From assembly GCA_002684655.1 (NCBI GenBank), contig NYVR01000091.1:1452-65451 (forward strand): a DNA stretch of 64,000 nt. The letters run 5' to 3'. Each line of letters begins with the position of its first letter. Position 1 is the first letter of the stretch. The position numbers and the translations under genes were made by a program. The DNA comes from Planctomycetota bacterium (lineage in GTDB: Bacteria; Planctomycetota; UBA1135; UBA2386). The notes under the pieces were generated by a model, which worked only from the letters and a program-made list of their open reading frames with translations, made no database searches and was not told the DNA's origin. This document shows positions 1-13,731 of the stretch, piece by piece.

Positions 1-2
1 TG

Positions 3-671
3 CCAGCGCTCTGCCTCGTCGCGTCGGGCGGGCACACCGCGCTATACCATTTGCATGAGCCGGGTCGCAGCGAGCGGCTCGGGACGACCCGCGACGACGC
101 CGCGGGCGAAGCCCTGGACAAGGGAGCCGCGCTGCTCGGGCTGCCGTACGCGGGCGGACCATCGATCCAAGACGCGGCCGTCGGCGGCGACCGCGCGGCC
201 CACAAGTTCCCGCGCACGCTGCTCGACAAAGGGTCACTCGACTTCTCGTTCTCAGGCCTGAAGACGGCGTTGCTCTACAAGCTCGCGCCGCCGGGCAAAC
301 CGAAGCCCGCGGCCCCGCCCTCGGCCGCCGAAGTCCAAGACCTCGCGGCCTCTTATCAAGAGGCGGTCGTCGACGTCTTGATCGCTAAGCTCCGCCGCGC
401 TGCGCAGGGCCGCGGCGTCCGCTCACTCTGCATCGGCGGCGGCGTGGCCAAGAACGCGCGCCTCCGAGAGCGGCTGGCGGCAGACCCGCACCTCGGGAGC
501 TTGCGACTCGTAATGCCGCCGATGTCTTTGTGCGCCGACAACGGCGCGATGATCGCCGGGCTCGGGACGATCTTGTTCCGGGCGGGCGCCGTATCACCGC
601 TGGATCTCGACGCCGTCGCCACAGCACAGACGGACGGCAAGGCAAAGGTCCGCAGGAGAACGCCGCGATGA
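3..671 (+). CDS. tsaD: tRNA threonylcarbamoyltransferase TsaD (5'-truncated by window edge)
   Basis: Frame is open from base 3: LVASGGHT, TRDDAAGEALDK, FSFSGLKTA, GGGVAKN, CADNGAMIA are TsaD/Kae1 motifs. Confidence 0.95.
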   Translation, partial: PALCLVASGGHTALYHLHEPGRSERLGTTRDDAAGEALDKGAALLGLPYAGGPSIQDAAVGGDRAAHKFPRTLLDKGSLDFSFSGLKTALLYKLAPPGKPKPAAPPSAAEVQDLAASYQEAVVDVLIAKLRRAAQGRGVRSLCIGGGVAKNARLRERLAADPHLGSLRLVMPPMSLCADNGAMIAGLGTILFRAGAVSPLDLDAVATAQTDGKAKVRRRTPR

Positions 672-1480
672 ACAACGGACACGAAGAAGAGCTCCGGGAC
701 CTGCTCGGCGCGGTCCAGCGCGGCGAGCGGTCTATCGACGCCGCGCTCGCAGCGCTGCGGGTCGCGCCCCGCGACGGCGCCGCCGCCGCGGCAGACGGGC
801 AGTTAGGCTTCGCGACGGTCGATCACGACCGGCAGGCGCGCTGCGGGTTCCCTGAGGTCGTCTTCTGCCCGAACAAGACGCCGGCGGACACCGCGGAGAT
901 CGCCCGCGAGATCTTGCGCCGCGCCGACCGCGTGCTGCTGACGCGCGCAGAGCCAGCGCACGCCGATGCTGTCCTGGCCGCGGTCCCTGCGGCCGTGCAC
1001 CACGAGCGCGCGCGGTGCATCACCGTTGTTCCAGCAGAGACGGAGGTTTGTGGCGAAGTCGCGGTCGTCGCCGCGGGCACAGCCGACCTGCCGGTAGCTG
1101 AGGAAGCTGCCGTCACGCTGGCGATCGCCGGCAATAACGTGACCCGATTCACCGACGTCGGCGTCGCGGGGATTCATCGCCTGATGGCGCGCATTGAGGA
1201 GATACGGCGCGCCAACGCGATCGTCGTCGTGGCGGGCATGGAGGGCGCTCTCCCCAGCGTCGTGGCCGGACTTGTGGAGAAACCAGTGATCGCAGTTCCC
1301 ACGAGCGTCGGCTACGGTGCGTCCTTCGCGGGCCTGTCAGCGCTGTTGACGATGCTCAACAGCTGCGCGGCGGGCATCGCTGTCGTCAACATCGACAACG
1401 GCTTCGGGGCCGGCTACCTAGCCTCGCAGATCAACCGACAATCCGCTAACCGACAATCCGCCAACAACCGACGACCGTGA
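668..1480 (+). CDS. larB: Nickel-pincer cofactor biosynthesis protein LarB (PurE-like)
   Basis: ATG at 668 overlaps the tsaD stop (ATGA); motifs [56 protein letters not shown]. Confidence 0.92.
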   Translation: MNNGHEEELRDLLGAVQRGERSIDAALAALRVAPRDGAAAAADGQLGFATVDHDRQARCGFPEVVFCPNKTPADTAEIAREILRRADRVLLTRAEPAHADAVLAAVPAAVHHERARCITVVPAETEVCGEVAVVAAGTADLPVAEEAAVTLAIAGNNVTRFTDVGVAGIHRLMARIEEIRRANAIVVVAGMEGALPSVVAGLVEKPVIAVPTSVGYGASFAGLSALLTMLNSCAAGIAVVNIDNGFGAGYLASQINRQSANRQSANNRRP

Positions 1481-2628
1481 GCACCAACAACCGCACCGTT
1501 CGCCCACCTGCCCGCCTCGTGCTCGAAGATGGCACGGTGCTCGTGGGACGCGGCTTCGGCGCTGCCGAGGACATGATCGGCGAGCTCGTCTTCAACACCT
1601 CGATGACGGGCTACCAAGAGATCCTGACGGACCCGTCCTATCGAGGACAGACGGTGCTGTTGACGCAGCCTCACATCGGCAACTACGGGGTCTCCGGCGA
1701 AGACGAGGAGTCGACCAAGCTGTGGCTCTCCGGGCTGGTCGTGCGCGAGGCCTGCAGCCGGGCGAGCAACTTCCGCTCCGGGAGTGAGCTGCACGACTAC
1801 CTCGAGCAACACAGCGTCCCGGGCATCGAGGGCGTCGACACCCGCGCGCTGACCAGACGAATCCGAGACCACGGCGAGCAACGCGTGCTGATCACGCGCG
1901 ACATGTCCACCAGTGAGGCCGACCTCGTCGCGAAGGTGAAGGCCGCGCCCCGCGTCGGCGACGTCGACCACGTGCTCAAGGTCACGACCCCCGACGTCTA
2001 CCAGTGGAGCAAGGGATACGAGTCCGAGTTCAGCGCGCCGGCGCCGTTCCAGCCTGACGAGCGCTTTCACGTCGTCGCCTATGACTTCGGCGCGAAGCGA
2101 AACATCCTGCGCTCGCTCGTCGCGTGCGGGCTCGACCTGACCGTTGTCCCTGCCGACACCCCGGCCGAAGCCGTGCTCGCGCGGAAACCAGACGGCGTCT
2201 TCCTTAGCAACGGTCCGGGCGACCCCGAGGTCTGCGCTTACGGGATCGCGGCGGCCAAGGCGCTGGTGGAGAAGCTGCCCGTGTTCGGGATCTGCCTGGG
2301 CCACCAGCTCCTGGCGCACACGTTCGGCGGCAAGACCTACAAGATGCCGTTCGGCCACCACGGCGGGAACCAGCCAGTGATCGACCTGACAACCAACAAG
2401 GTCGAGATCACCTCGCAGAATCACAGCTACGCCGTCGACGAAGACTCGCTGCCCGAATCCGTCGTCGTGACGCACAAAAACCTCAACGACGGCACGGTGG
2501 AGGGGCTGCGCCACACCGAGCTGCCGGTGTTCTCTGTCCAATACCACCCCGAGGCGGCGCCAGGCCCCCACGACGCGCTGTATCTCTTCAAGCGATTTGT
2601 AGAGCTGCTCGCAGGCGCGCGGGCCTGA
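1477..2628 (+). CDS. carA: Carbamoyl-phosphate synthase small subunit
   Basis: [31 protein letters not shown] (catalytic Cys), [14 protein letters not shown]. Confidence 0.97.
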   Translation: MSTNNRTVRPPARLVLEDGTVLVGRGFGAAEDMIGELVFNTSMTGYQEILTDPSYRGQTVLLTQPHIGNYGVSGEDEESTKLWLSGLVVREACSRASNFRSGSELHDYLEQHSVPGIEGVDTRALTRRIRDHGEQRVLITRDMSTSEADLVAKVKAAPRVGDVDHVLKVTTPDVYQWSKGYESEFSAPAPFQPDERFHVVAYDFGAKRNILRSLVACGLDLTVVPADTPAEAVLARKPDGVFLSNGPGDPEVCAYGIAAAKALVEKLPVFGICLGHQLLAHTFGGKTYKMPFGHHGGNQPVIDLTTNKVEITSQNHSYAVDEDSLPESVVVTHKNLNDGTVEGLRHTELPVFSVQYHPEAAPGPHDALYLFKRFVELLAGARA

Positions 2629-2632
2629 CCGC

Positions 2633-3511
2633 GTGATCGAACACCTCGTCGACCGCGACACGAGCGGCCGCAGGCTCGACGCGCTGGTGCGCGAAGCCGG
2701 CGGGCTCTCCCAGAGACAAGCCCGGCAGCTTTGCGCGATCGGCGCAGTGGCGGTGGACGGCGTGCGCAGGGAAGGCACGTATCGCGTCCGCTCGGAGCAA
2801 CGTCTCTGCTTCGACGAAGCCCTGGTGCCGTGGTCGCTGCGACTCGGCTTTCCGGTCGTCCACGCAGACGAGCACGCGCTCGTCCTGCACAAGCTGCCAG
2901 GGGTCGCGGTCCACGGCGGCCCGCTGGTCGACGCCTCCGTCGCCGACGCGCTGCGAGCGCACCTCCCCAAGAGCGGCCTCGCGCAGCGACTGGACCGCGA
3001 AGCTTCCGGGCTGCTGCTCGTCGGCGTCACGACCGAGGCCCTGCGGGATCTTGGCGCCGCCATGGAGTCCGGGAGGATCAAACGGATCTACGAGGGCGTC
3101 GCCGTCGGCGAGCTGCCCGAGGACGACCGGAAGATCGAGCTGCCGCTGAAGGTCACCGACGAGCCGCGGGGAGATCGACCCAAGACCGTCGTGTGTGAGG
3201 CGGGGCAGCCGAGCGTGTCGCACGTGACCGTGCTGGGGCGCCGCGCCGGCTTCAGCCACGTCCGCGTCGCGCTGGAGACGGGCCGCACGCACCAGATCCG
3301 CGCCCACATGCGGGCCATCGGGCACCCGCTCGTAGGCGACGCGAGGTACGGCGTCGAAGCCGTCAACGACCGGGCGAAGGAGACCTTCGGCGTGCACCGG
3401 ACGATGCTGCACGGCGCCGAGCTGCGCTTCCCGTCACCAGGCGACGGCCGCGAAGTCTGCATACGCGCGTTCGCCGAGCCGGACTTCGCGCGGCTTTTCC
3501 GCCCCCGTTAG
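2633..3511 (+). CDS. RluA/RluD-family pseudouridine synthase with S4 domain
   Basis: N-terminal RLD..S4-like segment, QRLDREASG catalytic motif, TGRTHQIRAH, GHPLVGD. Confidence 0.9.
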   Translation: MIEHLVDRDTSGRRLDALVREAGGLSQRQARQLCAIGAVAVDGVRREGTYRVRSEQRLCFDEALVPWSLRLGFPVVHADEHALVLHKLPGVAVHGGPLVDASVADALRAHLPKSGLAQRLDREASGLLLVGVTTEALRDLGAAMESGRIKRIYEGVAVGELPEDDRKIELPLKVTDEPRGDRPKTVVCEAGQPSVSHVTVLGRRAGFSHVRVALETGRTHQIRAHMRAIGHPLVGDARYGVEAVNDRAKETFGVHRTMLHGAELRFPSPGDGREVCIRAFAEPDFARLFRPR

Positions 3512-3541
3512 CGCGACGTCCACAACGCCAGCGACGCTGAC

Positions 3542-5275
3542 TTACTGGCGGCCCGCGGCGAGCGCGTCGCAAACCTTGGCGACCACCTCTTCGGCGCTGC
3601 AGTCGGTCTTCTGCAGGCCCTTGCGGATTAGCAGCTCGACCTTGCCGTCGGCGGCGTTGCGACCGACGAAGACTTGGATCGGCAGCCCGATGAGTTCGTG
3701 ATCCTTGAACTTCGCGCCAGGCGACATCTGGCGGTCGTCGAGGCAGACCTCGACGCCGGCCGCTCGCAGGTCTTCGTAGAGTTGCTCGGCCAGCTCGACC
3801 TGCTCTTTGCGCTTCTTGTCCAAGAAGGCCACGACGCACTCGAACGGCGCGATCGGCACCGGCCACACGATCCCCTTCTCGTCGTGGTGCTGCTCGACCG
3901 CGGCTGCGGGCGTTCGCGAAACACCGATGCCGTAGCAGCCCATCATGAACGGCGTAGGCTTGCCGTTCTGAGCCATGAACGTGGCGCCCATCGCCTCCGA
4001 GTATTTGGTCCCGAGCTTGAAGATGTGGCCGACCTCGACGCCGCGGGCCTCTTGCAGCGGCGCGCCCGTCTCCGGGTCGCCCTCACCTGCTCTCGCGAGT
4101 CGCAGGTCGTGATAATCCGGCTCGCGCGCGTCGCGACCGAGGTTGACGTTGAGGCAGTGGAAGCCGGTCTCGTTGCAGCCCGTCAGGAGGTTGGCGCGCC
4201 CCTTCAGCGACTTATCAGCGAGCAGCGTTATGTCTTCGGAGAGCCCCACCGGGCCCGCGAAGCCAGTCTCGGCGCCCGTCGCCTTCTCGATGTCTTCGTC
4301 GCTCGCGAGCTCGACGTTGAGCGCGTCGATCGCGTTCACCAGCTTGACCTCGTTGATCTCCAGGTCGCCCCGCTGCATCACCGCAATGATCTTCTCTTCC
4401 TCGGCGAACGTCGCCTTGTAGATGACAGTCTTAGCCATGCGCCCAGCGACCCACTCGGGGAAGAAGGCCTCGAGCTGCGCGACGGTCTTGACGTCCGGCG
4501 TCTCGTGCTTTTCGAGGGGCTGCGGTTCGCCGCCGTCGGGCGCCGACGGCAAGCGACTGCTGGCCTTCTCCACGTTGGCCGCGTAGCCGCTCTCACGGCA
4601 GAACAGGATCGCGTCCTCGCCGCTGTCCGCGATCACCATGAACTCTTCGCTGCCGGCGCCGCCGATGGCGCCAGAGTCGGCCTGCACGACGGTGTAGTCG
4701 ACGCCGCAGCGGTCGAAGATCCGGCAGTATGCGTCGCGCATCTTCTGATAGGCGACATCGAGCCCCTGCTTGTCCGCGTCGAACGAGTAGGCGTCCATCA
4801 TGATGAACTCGCGACCGCGCATCAGGCCGAAGCGCGGCCGGATCTCGTCCCGGAACTTGTCTTGGATCTGGTAGCAGTTGACAGGCATCTGCTTGTAGCT
4901 GTTGACCTGCGCGCTGACGAAGTCGGTCATGACCTCCTCGTGCGTCGGCCCGAGGCACATGTCAGAGCCCTTGCGGTCCTTCAACGTGAACATGATCCCG
5001 TCCGTCACGTAGCGCTCCCATCGCCCGCTCGACTCCCACAGCTCTCGGGGCTGGATGATCGGCAGCATCACCTCGTTGGCCCCCTCGCGGTCGAGCTCTT
5101 CGCGGACGATCTGCGCGAACTTCTTTACGACACGCCACATCAGGGGCGCGTAGGTGTAGACGCCCGCGGCGGTCTTCACGATGAAGCCCGCGCGCGCGAG
5201 CAGCCGGTGGCTGGGGATCTCGGCGTCGGCGGGGTCCTCGCGGAGGGTCTGGATCAGGATCTGGCTGAGACGCAT
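3542..5275 (-). CDS. proS: Proline--tRNA ligase (with editing insertion domain)
   Basis: Start MRLSQ at 5275; LGPTHEE, FRDEIRPRFGLMRGREF, EVGHIFKLGTKYS, MGCYGIGVSR. Confidence 0.97.
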   Translation of the reverse strand: MRLSQILIQTLREDPADAEIPSHRLLARAGFIVKTAAGVYTYAPLMWRVVKKFAQIVREELDREGANEVMLPIIQPRELWESSGRWERYVTDGIMFTLKDRKGSDMCLGPTHEEVMTDFVSAQVNSYKQMPVNCYQIQDKFRDEIRPRFGLMRGREFIMMDAYSFDADKQGLDVAYQKMRDAYCRIFDRCGVDYTVVQADSGAIGGAGSEEFMVIADSGEDAILFCRESGYAANVEKASSRLPSAPDGGEPQPLEKHETPDVKTVAQLEAFFPEWVAGRMAKTVIYKATFAEEEKIIAVMQRGDLEINEVKLVNAIDALNVELASDEDIEKATGAETGFAGPVGLSEDITLLADKSLKGRANLLTGCNETGFHCLNVNLGRDAREPDYHDLRLARAGEGDPETGAPLQEARGVEVGHIFKLGTKYSEAMGATFMAQNGKPTPFMMGCYGIGVSRTPAAAVEQHHDEKGIVWPVPIAPFECVVAFLDKKRKEQVELAEQLYEDLRAAGVEVCLDDRQMSPGAKFKDHELIGLPIQVFVGRNAADGKVELLIRKGLQKTDCSAEEVVAKVCDALAAGRQ

Positions 5276-5359
5276 TGGGCGGAGGAGCGTAGAGGAGGCC
5301 CCGCGCCGGAACAAAGCCCAACCCCACAGCGACCCCAACTGTCGGCTAGGATCGTCGTC

Positions 5360-6826
5360 ATGCTGCGCGCCATCTCAGTCCTGACCGCTTGCGCGATGCT
5401 CGCGCCGTCGGTCGCCTCCCAAAAACGGCTCCCCAACCTCGTCGTTATCTTCATCGACGACATGGCCTACGCCGACATCGGGCCGTTCGGCGGCAAAGTG
5501 CCGACTCCAAACCTCGACCGGATGGCCGCCGAGGGCATGCGCTTCACGGACTTCAGCGTCGCTACCGCGGTCTGCTCGGCGTCCCGCGCGGCCCTGCTGA
5601 CGGGCTGCTACCACCGCCGGGTCGGGATCTCCGGCGCCCTGGGCCCGCGCTCCAAGCACGGGCTGCATGAACGCGAAATGACGCTCGCCGAGGTCTGCAA
5701 ACAAAGAGGCTACGCGACGGCCTGCTACGGCAAATGGCACCTCGGACACCACCCGAAGTTCCTCCCCACGAACCACGGCTTCGACGAGTTCTTCGGGCTC
5801 CCCTACTCCAACGATATGTGGCCGCTGCACCCAGCGTACGCGCACCTGCCGACGGAGGCCGAACGCCGCAAGAAGGGCTACCCCGCGCTGCCGTTGATCG
5901 AGGGCGTCGAGGTCGTCGATCCAGAGGTGACCGGCGAAGACCAAGAGATGCTCACGACGTGGTACACCGAGCGCGCGGTGTCGTTCATTGAGCGCAACAA
6001 GGACCGACCGTTCTTTTGCTACGTGCCGCACTCGATGGTTCACGTGCCGCTGTTCGTCTCCGACAAGTTCAAAGGCAAGAGCGGCGCCGGGCTGTTCGGC
6101 GACGTCGTGATGGAGATCGACTGGTCGGTCGGACAGATCCTCGCCGCGCTGCAAGATCACGGCGTCGACCGTGACACCATGGTCGTGTTCACGTCAGACA
6201 ACGGCCCGTGGCTCAGCTACGGCCACCACGCGGGCTCGTCGGGGATATACCGCGAGGGCAAAGGCACCATGTTCGAAGGCGGGATCCGCGAGCCGACGAT
6301 CGTGCGCTGGCCCGGCCGGGTCCCAGCGGGCGCGACCTGCGCCGAGTTCGCGTCGACGATCGACATCGTGCCGACGTTCGCGAAGCTGATCGGCGCCGAG
6401 CTGCCCGACCACAAGATTGACGGGCGCGACATCGCGCCGCTGCTGTTCGGCGAAGACGGCGCGAAGTCGCCGCACGACGCGTTCTTGCACTACTACGCGG
6501 GCGGCCAGCTGCAGGCGATCCGTGACGCGCGCTGGAAGCTGCACTTCCCGCATAACTACCGGACGATGGACGGCAGGCCCGGCGGCCAGGACGGGAGCCC
6601 CAACCCCTACTCGCAGGCGTCGATCGGCCTCGAGCTATTCGACTTAGACAACGACCCCGGGGAGACCACGGACGTCGCGTCGAAGCACCCTGCCGTCGTC
6701 GCGCGCCTGCAAGCGCTCGCCGACGCCGCCAGAGACGACCTCGGCGACAAGCTGACCAAGGCGAAGGGCCGCGGCGTCCGGCCCGCGGCCAAGCTGACGC
6801 AAAGCGACGAACGCCTCGTCTGGTAG
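5360..6826 (+). CDS. Exported formylglycine-dependent sulfatase (arylsulfatase A-like)
   Basis: ATG 5360 gives a signal peptide, then PNLVVIFIDD, CSASRAALLTG, GKWHLG, SDNG, EGGIREP. The ORF-track extension to 3674 is antisense to proS. Confidence 0.92.
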   Translation: MLRAISVLTACAMLAPSVASQKRLPNLVVIFIDDMAYADIGPFGGKVPTPNLDRMAAEGMRFTDFSVATAVCSASRAALLTGCYHRRVGISGALGPRSKHGLHEREMTLAEVCKQRGYATACYGKWHLGHHPKFLPTNHGFDEFFGLPYSNDMWPLHPAYAHLPTEAERRKKGYPALPLIEGVEVVDPEVTGEDQEMLTTWYTERAVSFIERNKDRPFFCYVPHSMVHVPLFVSDKFKGKSGAGLFGDVVMEIDWSVGQILAALQDHGVDRDTMVVFTSDNGPWLSYGHHAGSSGIYREGKGTMFEGGIREPTIVRWPGRVPAGATCAEFASTIDIVPTFAKLIGAELPDHKIDGRDIAPLLFGEDGAKSPHDAFLHYYAGGQLQAIRDARWKLHFPHNYRTMDGRPGGQDGSPNPYSQASIGLELFDLDNDPGETTDVASKHPAVVARLQALADAARDDLGDKLTKAKGRGVRPAAKLTQSDERLVW

Positions 6827-6886
6827 CGGCGGCGACAACCGCGACCGATAGCGCGGGCCGAACGCCGAACGAGGTAGCATGCTGGC

Positions 6887-8602
6887 ATGTCCTGCACCCT
6901 CGCATTCGCCTTCGCTTGCGGCGCCGCGCTCGCGGCCGCCGCGCCGCAGACCCCAGAGCCCGGGCGGCCGCGCCGCCCCAACGTCGTCCTGATCATGGCT
7001 GACGACATGGGGTTCAGCGACATCGGCTGCTACGGCAGCGAAGTCCGGACCCCGACGCTCGACCGGCTCGCAGCAGAGGGCGTGCGGATGACGCAGTTCT
7101 ACAACACCTCTAGGTGCTGCCCGACCCGCGCGGCTCTCCTGACGGGGCTCTACTCGCACCAAGCAGGCATCGGGCTGATGACCGGAGACCGCGGCTACGC
7201 CGCCTACCGCGGCGACCTCAATCGTCGCTGCGTGACCATCGCCGAGGCGCTCCGGCCCGCGGGCTACAAGAACTACATGGCCGGCAAGTGGCACGTCACC
7301 CGCCACGTCGCGCCGACCGGACCAAAGCACAACTGGCCGCTGCAGCGCGGCTTCGACCGCTTCTACGGCACCATCACCGGCGCGGGCAGCTTCTTTGACC
7401 CGACGACGCTGTGTCGAGACAACACCTACGTCACGCCCGAGAACGACGCCGAATACCAACCAGAACGCTTCTACTACACCGACGCGATCAGCGACCAAGC
7501 GGTGCGGTTCGTGAAGGAGCACGGCGAACGAGACCGCGACGAACCGTTCTTCCTCTATGTCGCCTACACGACCGCCCACTGGCCGATGCATGCGCTCGAG
7601 GAAGACATCGCCAAGTACGACGGCGTCTACGAAGACGGCTTCGAGCCGATCCGCGAGGCGCGGCTGAAGCGCGCGCGCGCGCTCGGACTCCTCGATGCAT
7701 CGTGGGCGATGTCGTCCATCCCGAAGCCCTGGGAGCAGACCGCGAACCACGCTTGGGAGAGCCGCAACATGCAGGTCTACGCGGCGATGATCGATCGCAT
7801 GGACCAAGGCATCGGCCGCATCGTGGCGGAGCTGGAGCGACAAGATCGGCTCGACGACACGATCGTGATCTACCTGCAGGACAACGGCGGCTGCGCTGAG
7901 GGTATGGGCCGCCAGTCCAACGCCGAGAAGATCCGCGGCAAGTCCTTCGAACCGCTCGGCAAGGACGGACTGCAGAAGAAGATCTGGCCGCCGATGCAGA
8001 CCCGCGACGGCCGCGCAGTACGCACCGGGCCGCAGGCAGAAGCTGGCCCCGAGGACACCTACATCGGGTATGGGCGCGGGTGGGCCAACGTCTCCAACAC
8101 GCCGTTCCGCGGCTACAAGCACGACGCATACGAGGGCGGAATCAGCACGCCCTTCATCGTCCGTTGGCCCAACGGGCTGCCGGCGAAGCAGCGCGGCGCG
8201 ATCGACGACACCCCCGCGCACTTGATCGACGTGATGCCGACCCTGCTAGCCGCGGCTGGCGCGAGCTATCCGCAGCAAAACGGCGCCGAAGCCGTCCAGC
8301 CTGCCGAGGGTGTCGACCTGCTGCCGGCGCTGCGAGGCCTCGCCGTGGCGCGGCCCGAGGCGCTGTGCTTCGAGCACCACGGCAACCTGGGCCTGCGCGC
8401 TGGCCGGTGGAAGATGGTCTCTACCTATCGCAAGGAGCGCCCGATCTCCTGGGAGCTCTACGACATGCAGACCGACCGCACGGAGCTCCGAAACCTCGCG
8501 TCGGAGCAACCGGAGCGCGTCGAGGCGCTCGCGCGCCAGTGGCGACAGTGGGCAGATCGGGTCGGCGTGCAGCCGTGGCCGATCCAACCCAAGCAGCGCT
8601 GA
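6887..8602 (+). CDS. Exported arylsulfatase
   Basis: Signal peptide; PNVVLIMADD, CCPTRAALLTG (CxPxR), GKWH, DNGG, EGGISTP. Confidence 0.92.
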   Translation: MSCTLAFAFACGAALAAAAPQTPEPGRPRRPNVVLIMADDMGFSDIGCYGSEVRTPTLDRLAAEGVRMTQFYNTSRCCPTRAALLTGLYSHQAGIGLMTGDRGYAAYRGDLNRRCVTIAEALRPAGYKNYMAGKWHVTRHVAPTGPKHNWPLQRGFDRFYGTITGAGSFFDPTTLCRDNTYVTPENDAEYQPERFYYTDAISDQAVRFVKEHGERDRDEPFFLYVAYTTAHWPMHALEEDIAKYDGVYEDGFEPIREARLKRARALGLLDASWAMSSIPKPWEQTANHAWESRNMQVYAAMIDRMDQGIGRIVAELERQDRLDDTIVIYLQDNGGCAEGMGRQSNAEKIRGKSFEPLGKDGLQKKIWPPMQTRDGRAVRTGPQAEAGPEDTYIGYGRGWANVSNTPFRGYKHDAYEGGISTPFIVRWPNGLPAKQRGAIDDTPAHLIDVMPTLLAAAGASYPQQNGAEAVQPAEGVDLLPALRGLAVARPEALCFEHHGNLGLRAGRWKMVSTYRKERPISWELYDMQTDRTELRNLASEQPERVEALARQWRQWADRVGVQPWPIQPKQR

Positions 8603-8750
8603 GCCGCCCGGCCCACCAAACCGGCCACGCGACCCTCGACGCGATCTTTCCACAGCTGGCTGCGGGATGTGGACAGCTCTGCACAAGCTGCCGCATGCGC
8701 AGTTTCCGCTCGCGCCCTAGGGGACCCGGCGCTGTAGTCTTTGCCCGACA

Positions 8751-12053
<3,303 letters not shown>

Positions 12054-12084
12054 AAAAGCAGCGCCCCAAGCGCGCCCGAACGAC

Positions 12085-13353
12085 ATGTCGAACGACTTGA
12101 ACCACGACTCCGGCAGCGCCCGCGACGTCGCCGATTTCTGCCTTCAGCAGGTCCCTGATCAGCAGCAACAGCGAGCCAGCTTCGCCTCCTCCGATCTTTG
12201 GCGAGCGGTCGCCGCGACCGGCACTTCGCTCTGGCTCGACACCGGCGACATCGACGCGGCCAAAGAGCTCTGGGTGCGAGAGTTCGTCGCGTTGACGACA
12301 AACAACACGCTACTCAACAAAGAGGTCCAAAAGGGCATCTACGACGAGCTGGTCCCGAGCGCAGCACGCATCCTGCGGGACAAGGGCGTAGACAAAGACG
12401 GCTTAGTGCAAGAGGTCGCCTTCGTGCTGAACGCCGTTCACGGCCTAAAGCTCGTTAAGACATTCGACGCTGACGTCTCGGTGGAGCTTCACACGGCGCT
12501 CAGCAACGACGCCGAGGCCAGCTATCAATACGGCAAACGCTTCCACGCGATCTGCCCCGATCGATTCATCGTCAAGGTGCCGCTGACGCCTGCCGGCCTA
12601 CTGGCGGCCCGGCGCCTGTCCGATGACGGCGTTCGCCTGAACTTCACGCTGGGCTTCTCTGCGCGACAGAACTGGCTGATCGCAGCTGTCGCGCGCCCGA
12701 CCTGGGTCAACGTCTTCATGGGCCGGATCAACGCCTTCTTGAGCGACAACGGCCTCGGCGACGGAAAGAACGCGGGAGAAAAAGCGACCCTCGCGAGCCA
12801 ACGAGGGCTCCGCAGAATCCGCAATCAAGGCGGCGCTCACGTGCGCCAGATCGGCGCGTCCATGCGCAACGGCGGTCAGGTCGCAGACCTGCTGGGCCTC
12901 GACGTGTTCACCATGCCAATCGGCGCAGCCGAGGGCTTCGTTGACCTCGCGCCCGAGGCCGCCGCAATCGTCGACAAGACCGGAGACGATCCGGCCGTTG
13001 AGTTCGCGCCGAGCGCCGACGTTATGGGCGACAAGCTGACGTGCTTCTGGGACATCGACAGCCACTTCGAGACCGCTGCCGCCGACGCCGCCGGACTAGA
13101 CCCGAAGACCGCGACCGCGGAAGACGTGCTCAAGGCCCTCGCCGACAACGGCGCAGGTGACATCTTCCCCCAGTTCTCTGTCGAAGAAGCTGCGCGGGTC
13201 GCCGCCGAGGGCAAGATCCCTGCCTACAGCAGCTGGAGAGAGCGGGTCCGCGCTGGAACATGCAGCTGGGACGGAACCCTGACCGCGGCCGCGTTAGCCA
13301 GCTTCAGCAAGGACCAGGACGCGCTGGACGACCGCGTCCGCGGGCTGCTGTAG
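12085..13353 (+). CDS. Transaldolase family protein (long form)
   Basis: LWLDTGD, TTNNTLL, FIVKVP (Schiff-base Lys), NFTLGFS, ASMR motifs. Confidence 0.85.
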   Translation: MSNDLNHDSGSARDVADFCLQQVPDQQQQRASFASSDLWRAVAATGTSLWLDTGDIDAAKELWVREFVALTTNNTLLNKEVQKGIYDELVPSAARILRDKGVDKDGLVQEVAFVLNAVHGLKLVKTFDADVSVELHTALSNDAEASYQYGKRFHAICPDRFIVKVPLTPAGLLAARRLSDDGVRLNFTLGFSARQNWLIAAVARPTWVNVFMGRINAFLSDNGLGDGKNAGEKATLASQRGLRRIRNQGGAHVRQIGASMRNGGQVADLLGLDVFTMPIGAAEGFVDLAPEAAAIVDKTGDDPAVEFAPSADVMGDKLTCFWDIDSHFETAAADAAGLDPKTATAEDVLKALADNGAGDIFPQFSVEEAARVAAEGKIPAYSSWRERVRAGTCSWDGTLTAAALASFSKDQDALDDRVRGLL

Positions 13354-13731
13354 ACGCTGCGCGCGACGGAAGACCTGTCCAACGAAGCCTCCCGCTGCTT
13401 TTGGACGACCGCAAGCGGCTCAAGCGACGCAGGGGGCTGCTGTGCACGGATCCCCGAGGCGACCGACGACGCGGCCTCTAGCGCGGCCGCCGCTTCCCTG
13501 AGCGAGCGGATCGGCGTGCCGCTCGGCCTGCGCGCGGGCGGGATACGCCCCAGGGCGTGCGCCGCGCCTCCACGGTTTGAGGCAGTTCATTCCGCAGAAC
13601 AGCCAGAAAGAGGGAACCTCCGTCGCCGCTATCCGTTGCTGATCTGACGCGAGCGCCGACAATCGACCCGGCGATCCCGCATCGCGTTCTGCACAGCTCC
13701 GCGCGCCCCGAAGCCGCCACAAGCCGTCCTC

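Noticed and set aside
3674-5359. 1050-aa ORF suggesting a large N-terminal fusion to the sulfatase
   Set aside because: The extension is the antisense shadow of proS; a signal peptide begins at ATG 5360.
13354-13731. 380-bp gap with short ORFs, possible sRNA or small gene
   Set aside because: The ORFs are Arg/Ala-rich with no recognisable motif, and I saw no RNA family signature.
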